Notes under the pieces: generated by a model
The model's database searches: none
What the model was told of the DNA's origin: nothing
Seen by the model: only the letters and a program-made list of their open reading frames with translations
Shown here: positions 25,201-35,707 of the stretch, piece after piece
Position numbering within the stretch: position 1 is the first letter of the stretch
How the letters are laid out: the number at the start of each line of letters is the position of its first letter
Position numbers and translations under genes: made by a program
Origin: Mayamaea pseudoterrestris
Taxonomy: Eukaryota
Reading direction: 5' to 3'
NCBI GenBank assembly: GCA_027923505.1
Contig: BROI01000002.1
Span: forward strand, 2,666,001 to 2,730,000
DNA length: 64,000 nucleotides

Positions 25201-28023
25201 GAGCCTGGCTCCTATGCGCGCTGTACGTAATCGCCTTATTCAACAATCTGGCGACCGAGTCCCTCAACTGGAAGACCCCTACTGAAGCCGCCTTCAACCG
25301 AGTACCCGACATTTCACCGTTCCTGCAGTTCAAGTTCTGGGAACGAGTCCTGTACGAAGCTGGAGCCGACGAGCCGCCGACATTTCCTCACACCAAGGAA
25401 GCAGCAGGACGCTGGGTCGGCATTGCAGAGAACAAGGGTGACATCCTCACGTACCAAGTCCGATCCGATCGGACTGGAATGGTTGTCGTCCGATCCAACG
25501 TTCGCCCCTTCTCCGAAGGGCGTAACCTACGCGCTGAAGCTGAAAGCGCTCCTGAACCCGAGTCCGAACGACCGCTGTTCGCGGAACCTGTCTTCGACGC
25601 GCGCCCCGCGCGTGAACGAGTCCAAGTCGAAACTGTCGATGAGTTTGACGATGATTATGACCTAGTCGGTCCGGTGTTTGAACACGACCTTACACCGACC
25701 CCAGCGCCTGATTCTGGGGGAACCGTGGATGAAGACGCATTCACGTTGGAAAGCGCTGCCGAGTTAGCCGGTTTGGATCCCGACGGACCCATGCCGTCCT
25801 TTACTCCGGCTGAACTGATGGGACGCACTGTCCTTCTTGACGAGGAAGACGGCTCCACGCGACGTTACAAGGTTATCGAGCAACTGAACGATCGCGATGA
25901 AGCTAACCACAAGATTATCAAGTTCCGATTGAGCCTCGGTGACGGCGACGTCGACGAGCTTATTACATACAACGAACTAGCCGACCTGTGCGAACGGCAA
26001 GATTCTTTACGACTGGGGGACGATGACAACGACGATCAGTACTACAAGTTTGATTTCATTGACGGACATGAAGGTCCACTGACACAAGCCGACGCTACGT
26101 ATCGCGGCTCATCCTACAACTTGCTCATCCAATGGGCAAATGGCGAGAAGACCTGGGAGCCACTCGCATTGATTATCAAGTCCGACCCTGTGACCGTTGC
26201 CGAGTACGGCAAGCGCAAGGGTATGCTGGAAAAGGATGGATGGAAGCGCTTGAGGCGCATGGCAGGACGCACTAAACTGTTTAACCGCATGTGCAAGGCT
26301 GCAAAGAAGAACCGTGTCCAAGAAGCGCGTTTCAAGTTTGGCGTTCAAGTTCCTAATACCTGGAAGGAAGCAAACCGCCTCGACGCTGCTAATGGAAACA
26401 CCCTGTGGGCTGACGCCGTCAAGACTGAGATGGAGCAGCTACACGAGTACGACACTTTCATCGACAAGGGCATCGGTGCCTTCATGGAAAGTGACTGGAA
26501 GCGCATCAACGCGCATCTTGTCTTCGACTGCAAGAACGATCTACGACGTAAGGCCTGACTCGTCGCCGGGGGACATTTGACCGCTCCGCCCAAGGACTCC
26601 GCCTACTCCGGCGTTGTATCTATGCGAAGCATTCGAACCATAGCACTGTTAGCTGAACTGAACGACCTCAAGTTTTGGGCTGCCGATGTCGGTAACGCCT
26701 ACCTCGAGGCCAAGACCAAGGAAAAGGTCTACATTGTTGCCGGTCCCGAGTTTGGACCATTGGAAGGCCATACCTTGGTCATCTACAAGGCACTTTACGG
26801 ATTGCGCACTTCTGGCGCGTTGGCATGAGCACTTTGCCGACACACTCCGCGACATTGGATTCTACCCAAGCTACGCGGACCCTGACGTCTGGATGAAAGA
26901 CTGTGGCACTCACTACGAGTACGTCGGCGTGTTCGTCAACGATCTGGCTATGGCCATGAAAGATCCACAAGCCTTCACAGACCTCCTCAAGGAGAAGTAC
27001 AAGTACAAGTTGAAGGGCGTCGGCGACATCAAGTATCACCTTGGAGCTGATTTCTATCGCGACCCTGATGGAACCCTCTGCATGAGCGCGAAGACCTACG
27101 TCGGTCGCATGCTCAAGAACTACGAGACCATGTTTGACGAGAAGCCACGCAAGCGCAAGTCACCGCTTGACGACGGGGACCACCCCGAACTTGACCTTAC
27201 CGAAGAGCTGGATGCCCGTGGCATTCAACAGTACCAGTCTCTTATCGGTGCCCTCCAGTGGGCAGTGACCCTATGTCGACTTGACATTCATTGTGCCGTA
27301 ATGACACTTGGCCGATTCCGCTGCGCCCCGCGCCGTGGACACCTGGACCGAGCCAAGCGAGTCTGCGGTTACCTAGCTGAGTACCCTGATGCGGCGATTC
27401 GTTTCCGGACGAAGATCGTCGATCACGGGGAACCTACCAAGTATGATTGGTTGCAATCGGTCTACGGCAACTCAAGCGAAGAGCTTCCGTGGAACATGCC
27501 GATCCCGAAGGGCAAGCCTGTGCAACTAACTACCTTTATGGACGCGAACCTGTACCATGATTACACTACTGGATGTTCCGCAATGGGAGTCCTGCATTTC
27601 CTGAACCAGACGCCCGTCGAATGGTTCTGCAAGCGTCAGAATACTGTTGAGACTGCAACGTATGGATCCGAGTTCGTCGTCGCCAAGACCGCGACGGAAC
27701 AGATTATGGATTTCCGATACTCCCTACGTATGTTGGGAGTTCCTTTGAGTGGACCAGCCTGGATGTTCGGCGACAACGAAAGTGTCAAGAAGTCGTCAAC
27801 GATTCCGCACTCCACACTTTCTAAGCGACACAATGCGCTCGCCTACCACCGAGTTCGCGAGGCCATTGCAAGCAATGTTCTGTACTTTGAGCACATCTTC
27901 GGCAAGCAGAACGTCGCCGACGTTCTTACCAAGTTCTTGCCGCATGCCACGTTCCGACCCCTGATCATTCCGATTCTTTTCTGGAAGGGTGATACGGCAA
28001 ACCGATCGTTGTCACAAGCCTAG
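22248..28023 (+). pseudogene. gag-pol polyprotein with frameshifts and a premature stop
   Basis: Protease SLIDGGANGG; integrase DTATDT/ISDNS/QNPAERRI; RT KA*LVAGGH, ADVGNAYL, KALYGLRTSG, YVGVFVNDL; RNase H TFMDANL, ETATYGSEF, QNVADVLTK. The gag start is approximate. Confidence 0.9.
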
Positions 28024-28034
28024 ATCAAGGGGGA

Positions 28035-28363
28035 TGACACAATATTATTGAGTTGAGTTGACCTGCGTCTCATGACAAGACGGTTAGCTACCTGTGTTTT
28101 GTATGCATTTAATCCTGTGCAGGGTTGAGTCACACTTGTGATCGAATCCTCACATACATGAGTGAAATCGCTGACGATCGAGGCGTGAACCTCGACCGTG
28201 AACCCAGTGAGAACGAGAAAGAAGCGCACGAGTAGAGTAGCGAGTAACATGCACTATTCTAGCAATTGAGTTTGTTTGTTTGCTTTACGCTGGATGAAGA
28301 GGTTGATCGCTCCGAGTCCATTGTAGTCGCTGGAATAAAGGTTCGTCTGATATTATCGTGTCA
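28035..28363 (+). repeat. 3' LTR (329 bp)
   Basis: Preceded by the PPT and near-identical to 21734-22062. Confidence 0.95.
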
Positions 28364-28629
28364 CAACGCATAGCGAGCCAACATTTGATGGAAATGGCCT
28401 ACAGGGGCAGTGGTAGAGGGCCACACTTTAGCACCATGAGGCTGCCAATGCTGTCCTACCATGATAGTGGAATAAGGCCATGCACATTATATTCTCAAAT
28501 GCATCGTTTTATGAGCCATAAAATGATGGGTCTAGCCATTGTTCCTGCTATATGCCACCTGCTCTGGCACCCACAAGCAAATGGATAGATCCAGTCTTGC
28601 GCACAAACCCCAAAAATATACAAGTGACT

Positions 28630-29345
28630 GCTGTTTCTGTAACAGAATTGGGGACTAGATGGGCTAGTGATGAATGCATGCTCTTTCTACATCATGAAAC
28701 AATGCCTGTTAACTGCCAGCTATCAACGTATACGCCTCTGGCAGTTGGTGTAGGTTATGGCAGCCACCGACTGTGGACAAGCCTGGGGCCGCAAAATTCA
28801 GGCAGTCCCGAGACAGAAGTTGGAGACTACCTGGACTAGTGCTGAATGCATTACACTTTCTACATCATGAAACAACGTTTGTCAACTGCCAGCAATTTAG
28901 TAATACTTCTCTGGCTGTTGGAGTGGGTCATGGCAGCCACCGACTGTGGACAAGCCTGGGGCAGCAAAATTCAGGCAGTTCCTGAGACAGAAGTTGGAGA
29001 CTACCTGGGCTAGTGATGAATGCAAAATGCCTGTCACATTTCAGCTATCCGTATATTTTTATGGCTGTTGGAGTGGGTTATGGCAGCCAGAAACTATGGT
29101 CAAGCCTGGGGCCGCGAAATTCTGGCAGTCCTACTGGCAGAACTTGGAGACTGCATGGGCTAGTGATGAATGCATAGCACTTTTTACATCATGGACCAAT
29201 GCCTGTCAACTGCCAGCTATCAATGTATACCTCTCTGGCCATTGGAGTGGGTCACGGCAGACAGCGACCGTGGACAAGCCTGGGGCCATGAAATTTAGGC
29301 AGTCCCCGTTGGCCTTGCATGGCAATGTGACGGGCTAGTGATCAA
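28630..29345 (-). repeat. Degenerate satellite A, reverse orientation, about 4 copies
   Basis: AACTTGGAGACTGCATGGGCTAGTGATGAATGC and GCCTGTCAACTGCCAGCTATCAA are reverse complements of satellite A. Confidence 0.9.
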
Positions 29346-29607
29346 CGCAATGAGCTCGCGCCTCAGCCAAGGCTACAACAACATCATAGGCACCGACACC
29401 CTCCGTTTCAATCACTTTTTATGAGTGCTAACCAGCGAATGCTTTCGCTTGAAATTTACAGAACAAGTGCTATGTAAGTGCTAACTAATGAATGATGAAT
29501 GACTCCGCAAACAATTCCATTATACAAATTCTTCCCTCCATTGAATCATTTTCCCATAATGCTACAGCGTTTCCTTTTTCAGTTGGTTTTACTGTGACGC
29601 TGGGCCG

Positions 29608-29949
29608 CTACGCTTTGTCGTCGTTTGCTTCATTTGTTTCTGCCGTCGCATCTGCTGCTTGCGCTGTATCGTCTCGCTCATTGCTATTATGGTTGTTGTT
29701 GTTGTTGTTATTGTTGCTGCTACTGCAATCGTCTTCATCATCATCCCCGTTCTCCGTCACTGCCGCAGCTGTGTCATCGTCACGTATCAAGACTGGTTCA
29801 ATGACTGCCTGAAAGTTGTCTCCAATCCTTGGAAGACGTCGAGGACACGGACGAAGAAACTGTGGTTGCTCGTGCCTTGTCGGTTTTTTGCTAGGACTGC
29901 TGGAGTTGCGATGCTGCTGCCGATCTTCTTCGTCTTGCTGTCGCTTCAT
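29608..29949 (-). CDS. Possible small low-complexity protein with an ELM2-like motif
   Basis: LPRIGDNFQAVI resembles the ELM2 RIG..FQA motif. Contains a poly-Asn tract from an (AAC)n microsatellite. Confidence 0.3.
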   Translation of the reverse strand: MKRQQDEEDRQQHRNSSSPSKKPTRHEQPQFLRPCPRRLPRIGDNFQAVIEPVLIRDDDTAAAVTENGDDDEDDCSSSNNNNNNNNHNSNERDDTAQAADATAETNEANDDKA

Positions 29950-30091
29950 TGTTATATGGTGTCTATAAGAGTAGGAGAAACAATGTGATGTAGAGATTGA
30001 CGTGTTCCCTCGCAGGATTTTGATGGATCGATTCTGATGAATCGAACAAAAGTTACACGTCGCACCAGTTATAACAAAAGTCTTAGCGGTA

Positions 30092-32208
30092 ATGGAGCGC
30101 GGCGATGCACGTCAGCGGCGCGGCAGAACGACCAAGCCATCAACCAACCACCATCTCGGCAAGAAAGAAGGAAGCGCAGATGCTTTCAACATAGCCTTGG
30201 AGAATAATATGTATAGAGATACAACAATAATGAGTCATGATAGAAAGATAATAGTTGAGATCAGCAGACTAAAGCGACATGGCAGCAGGAGAAATCGCGC
30301 GACAGACGTTCCTCAACGACGACTCTTTCTCGCCTTTGTCATGGCATCATGTATGCTTGCCTCATCGGTAAATGCATGGACTACCAAGAGCAGTCACGCA
30401 ATAATGCCGTTACGAAACTCTCCCTTAAAAATGTCAAGGAGGAATCCATTGCTACTTCACTCGACCTCATCGTCGGCATCATCCTCGACTTCTTCATCAT
30501 CAACAACTACTTCTTCCAACAATAATCCTCAATCAAGTCCAAAATCATCAAGTCCATTCATATACGACTCGAAATATATTCGCAATTTCTCCATTGTCGC
30601 CCATATCGACCATGGTAAGAGCACGCTGGCGGATCGATTGCTCGACACGACGGAAACTGTGGCCGTGCGTGACATGGAGGCGCAGCTGCTGGACAATATG
30701 GATCTGGAGCGAGAGCGAGGAATCACCATCAAACTGCAAGCGGCGCGGGTGCTGTATAAAGCAAAGGATGGACATGACTAGTGAGTAATTTTAACGTCTT
30801 TTTCGGGTCCAGTATGCAAACATTTGCAACTATGCAGAGAACTATCTCACATTGACGCTGCCTCCTGTCGACTTTCTTTTTTAGCATTCTAAACTTGATT
30901 GACACTCCAGGCCACGTTGACTTTGGCTACGAGGTGAGTCGATCACTCGCCGCCTGCGAGGGCGCGCTGCTGGTAGTGGACGCTGCCCAAGGAATTGAGG
31001 CGCAAACCTTGGCGAACGTTTACCTGGCGCTCGACAATAATTTGGAAATCATTCCAGTGCTCAACAAGATTGACTTGCCAGCGGCGGAGCCAGAGCGCGT
31101 CAAGCAGGAAATTGAGGAAACCATTGGGCTGGACTGTTCGGATATTGTGCATGCTAGTGCCAAGGCTGGGATTGGTATTGTGGATATTTTGGAAGCCATT
31201 GTGCAAAAGATTCCGCCTCCGCCGCAGGCAACGGGTGGACCCTTTCGGGCACTAGTGTTTGATAGTTACTATGATGCGTATCGCGGAGTCGTGGTCTTGT
31301 TTCGCGTCGTCGATGGAGCCGTCAAGCGGGGCGACAAGGTGCGGTTTCTCAATTCACAGGCCGAGCATGAAGTGGTCGAAGTGGGAGTCATGACGCCAAA
31401 CCAGATTCCGGTCAATCAGCTACAGGCTGGTGAGGTTGGGTACTTGTGGGGTAATATCAAGGTATGCGCTGGTAGCCTGTTTGCTTTGGATGAAACCTTG
31501 TATATTTTTCATTGCTGGTCGACTGACCTTGTGTCTGCTTGCTTCAACAGGACGTCATGGACGTTCCGATTGGTGACACCGTTACTAACGCCAACGAATT
31601 TAAGACGGCCCGAGCGAAGGGATTGGATCCACCAATTGAACCACTGCCTGGATATTCAGAGAGTAAACCCATGGTATACTGTGGACTCTTTCCGACTGAC
31701 GCTGACGAGTATGAAACACTTCGCGTCGCCCTTGGCAAGCTACGACTTAACGACGCGGCCTTGTCGTTTGAGCCAGAAAACTCTGGCGCCATGGGTTTCG
31801 GCTTTCGATGTGGATTCTTGGGTCTGCTCCATATGGAAATTGTTCAGGAACGGCTGTCGAGAGAGTATGACCTTGACTTGATTGTAACGGCACCATCTGT
31901 GGTGTACAGAGTTGAACGGAAGAATGTTAAGGGACCAGACCTCATCATTGATGCGCCAGCTAAAATGCCTGATCTCGGCAGGGACGATATTGCGAAGGAA
32001 CCATTTGTCAAGATGGAGATTTTGACTCCCAGGTACGTCCTATTTAGTGTTTTTGCGTTCATTTGTTCGTCGGTGGCTCTGACTTGGATCGTACACGTAT
32101 TTCCCTCTATTTAGCGATTATAACGGAGCAATCATTGAACTTGGTCAGGAACGTCGCGGAATTTTGATCGACATCAAATACTTGACCCCACTTCGATCAA
32201 CAATTATC
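30092..32208 (+). CDS. lepA: Plastid-targeted elongation factor 4 (LepA/GUF1), 3'-truncated
   Basis: [45 protein letters not shown] and [14 protein letters not shown]. Introns at 30781-30884, 31462-31550 and 32033-32114. Signal peptide ends ...SVNA-W followed by a Ser-rich transit peptide. Start codon uncertain. Similarity stops at ...PLRSTII. Confidence 0.92.
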
Positions 32209-33280
32209 TTCTTTGTTCATGGCTTGATGAAGTCGTTACTGTTGTCTCCAAGTCGCAGAAAGTGATTGACAAGTGTATCGAACGACTGATCAAGGATGGC
32301 TATGATTTGGATCCACGAGCGGACGATTTAGCTGGTTTTCTAGGCATCAAGATAAATGAGGAGGAGAAGGACAGCCAAGGCAAAAGCAATGGCAACCTCG
32401 CCTTACTCAAAACTCACTCATTGAGCACATCCTCAAAGTGCTCAAGCTATCTGATTTGAAATAAACCAAGCTCATCCCTGCAGCCAAAGCCTTAAAGGCA
32501 TGCAAGGAACGTCCAGCCCATGAATAACATTGGAATTACAGGTCCATCGAAGGTGTGATGCTCTATCTAGTGCAGAATACAAGACCAGACATTGCGACGG
32601 CAGTTCACCAAGAGGCACAATTTGCTAACAATCCTTGCAACGTGCATTCCAAGGCTCTCTTCTACATTGGTCAGTACCTACTAACTACATGAATTAAGGG
32701 AATGATCCTGTGCCCAAACCATAATTCAATGAAACTGGACATGTTTTGTGACACCAACTTTTCCAGTATATTTAAAGTGGAAGACCGTGACGACCCAAGA
32801 AGCGCCCGCTCTCAAACTGGTTACATTATCACACTAGGAGGAGTGCAAGTGCTCTGGGCAAGCAAGCTCCAGATGGAGATTGCAACTTCTACCTGCGAGG
32901 CTGAGTACATTGAGTTATCTACAGGAATGTGATCACTTCTATCTACCAGCCCACTGGATTTTACAAGAAGTTACTAGTATGTTGCAGTTGCCAACAAAGC
33001 AGTGCTCTGTCATTTCAACCATTTGGGAAGACAATGATGCAGCTTTGATTCTGGCCACATCAGACCCACCCAAGACCTCATTGCAAACCAAGCAATTCAA
33101 TGTGAAATATCACGGGTTTAGGAGTCACCTTAAGAAGGGAGAGATTGAGTGCAAGCGAGTTGATACCAAGGAGCAGTGGGCAAACATTATGACGAAGCCA
33201 CTGGACCGTATCCAACTGGAAGCAATCCGTAAGAAGATCATGGGATGGTAAGACCCTGTTGCTCACTTGAGGAGGAGTAA
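32209..33280 (+). mobile_element. Decayed Ty1/copia RT/RNase H fragment, a third lineage
   Basis: LDMFCDTNF, SQTGYII, LWASKLQMEIATSTCEAEY, IWEDNDAA and DTKEQWANIMTKPL, with many stops. PPT-like GAGGAGGAG near 33270. Confidence 0.88.
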
Positions 33281-33811
33281 AAGAAACCTGCTAGCTGAAG
33301 TGCAAGTTAGGTGTCAATCAAGCTCGCCAGGGAGTAGACGCTGGAGAGTCCTTTAGTTGTAGCAATAAGCTCACAATTTTAGATTTGAGTTGCTTTCAAA
33401 CAAGTTGTCGTCGAGCGTAAGTGCGGGACTTTGATTCCAAGAGTCATAGGCTGCCGCCAGGGGACTAAACTAAAGTCCTCGGGTAGCTCGTCACCAGATA
33501 GACTTCTTTGAAGTCGCCAGTTTCTCTCGTTACCTCCTACCGTCTTACTAAGCCGACGCGACGCGACGAAATCGACCATGGCGATCACAACATCTGCAGG
33601 CCGCTTTCTGTAAGCTTAAATTGCGTGCGGAGTGTCAATCTCGTACTTTGTAAGTCATGTATGATAGTAGCGGATACGTGTGGAATTTGGAAGAGTCGAA
33701 ACGTTGCATTCAGTCGCGCCTCCATGAATTTTTGTCACACTTCCTCATCGACTCACATTCATCCATTATTCGCAGAATACAAAAATCATAAACACGTAAC
33801 AATCTAAAAAC

Positions 33812-34171
33812 ATGCGTCACTTGGCAGTCTACTTGATGCTCCAACTAGGAGGCAATGACTCTCCTTCCAAGGAGGATATTACCAAAGCGCTTTCGGCCGT
33901 TGGTGTCGAGTCCGATGCGGAAAGCCTTGACAAGCTCGTGGCTGGACTAGACGGCAAATCCGTCGAAGAACTCATGGAAGCAGGAAAGGAGCTTCTTGCC
34001 ACCTTTGGAGGCGGTGGTGGCGGAGGCGGCGCGGCTGCTGCGGGTGGTGGTGACGCTGCCCCGTCTGCCGCCGCCAAGGAGGAAGAAAAGGAGGAGGAAG
34101 TGGAAATGGACCTTGCTGGAGGTATGGACATGTTCGGAGGTGAAAGTGGCGGCGGCGGAGGTGATTATTAG
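33812..34171 (+). CDS. RPLP2: 60S acidic ribosomal protein P2
   Basis: MRHLAVYLMLQLGGNDSPSKEDITKALSAVG..LDGKSVEELMEAG, an Ala/Gly hinge and an acidic tail. Confidence 0.93.
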   Translation: MRHLAVYLMLQLGGNDSPSKEDITKALSAVGVESDAESLDKLVAGLDGKSVEELMEAGKELLATFGGGGGGGGAAAAGGGDAAPSAAAKEEEKEEEVEMDLAGGMDMFGGESGGGGGDY

Positions 34172-34448
34172 AATGGTGTGCGATGTTACTACTACAATCA
34201 TATGATAATAGACTATTAATTTGCTGCTGCGTGATAACAACTTCTAGTCGACGACATGCTGTAGATTGCGACAAACGAAAAAGTAATTCGACAATGTTTA
34301 CTCAATACTGCTTATTTGGCTTCAGAGGCGTGTGAAAGATGAAGAAGGGGAGAATAAAGAACGAGCAGCAATGTAAGCGTTACCTTGACCCGTCGCAGGC
34401 AAGCTCAAGTCGTCACCTTGCTGATGCCTGCAGCAACTAATCTATCTC

Positions 34449-35225
34449 TTATCCTGGAAACCTGCTGAGAAAGCCTTTATCCATGGCTTTATCAATAGCC
34501 GCAGCTGTAGCGCCAAAGATTGCCGCCGAAGCTCCTCCATTCAACATTCCTTGACCGATAATGTTCCAGTCCACGTAACCAAAGGGTGCGCCGCCTTGCA
34601 ATGAGAGTTGGAAGGGAATTTGAACGATGAGCATCGAAACCACTAAACAAATTTCTCGTTTGCATTTTTAAAACACTTGTTAGAACTCACAATCCAATGG
34701 CACTGCCAAGCAATAGCTAGGTACATGTATCGAAGTCAGTGTCCGCGTCAAGACAAAAGCTCCAATGACTCCTTGATTGAGCTGCGAATTGCTCACATCT
34801 TGACGTATGCAGTAGCGATAGACAATGGCGAACAGTCCACCTTGAACGGCTGCCATGTCGGTGTCAAACTCCCATTGCGCAATGGACGAATGATCAAAGA
34901 CTAAATCCTTGACGAAACCAACTGGCGCAAAGACGAGACTTCCTGACACGCCGCCAATGACGAGACACTTGACAGATTCAATGCGTTGGAAGAAGCCAAA
35001 CTTGTTTGCATCATTCTCTTTGTTATTGTCAATGGATTCGTAAAGTTTTGTCGTTGTTGGTGGGGGTGCGAGATCCTTATTGCTGCTGCTGTGACGCTCA
35101 TTTGTGCTGATGGGAACGTCTTTTCTGAGAACAAATCCATGAGATTTTGGTAGCTGCAGCAGGAGCACGAGCAGGAATGTAAAGAGACCGCCGAGTCGCG
35201 ACATGCTGGTGAAAGAGAGATGCAA
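34449..35225 (-). CDS. Plastid-targeted membrane protein of unknown function, one intron near 34645-34690
   Basis: Signal peptide ending SHG-F. Motif LFAIVYRYCIRQD..N.QL.QGVIGAF resembles a conserved plant/cyanobacterial hypothetical family. Hydrophobic segments present. Confidence 0.7.
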
Positions 35226-35707
35226 ATGCTGGTGTCAATGCAATGATTTCGGTCCGACTCGTCCAGTCTCCAGAACGATCGTCCTTTCCGCCGGCGCAAA
35301 AAAGTGTGTCGTACATGTTTCGTTGCGACTAATTTTAACCAATCGAATCGCAAATATGGTATTTCGCTGCGACATGCTCCAGCCAATCATAGTGCGCGAA
35401 ACGTCAAGCAGCGAAGACAACCACCATGAGCAAAACATCAACACAACCTCATTCTACCTTTCAACCCTCGTCATCGTGGGCTACCATACAAGTTAAAGGG
35501 GTGTGTAAAAGTGTACAGTAGTGATCACTCGAACTTGATTTACAGCAAGATATCACTTCGGGAACGACATTTCTCAGCCATTTACTACAGGCACATCAAA
35601 GGTCGAAAGAACAAGCAAAACTTCACTCACTCCAACAGCAAGACACGACCGAGAATACCGGTCATTCATCCATTGCTACAGTCATCTATAGCACTTAATT
35701 AATCATC

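Larger units (their letters stand above)
21734..28363 (+). mobile_element. Full-length Ty1/copia (CoDi-like) LTR retrotransposon, probably inactive
   Basis: Two 329-bp LTRs (TGACAC...GTGTCA), PPT AAGGGGGA before 28035, and domain order gag-PR-IN-RT-RNase H. Confidence 0.97.

Noticed and set aside
26556..26558. Programmed stop-codon readthrough in pol
   Set aside because: The TGA replaces the conserved Arg of KARLVA and coexists with other lesions, so mutation is the simpler explanation.
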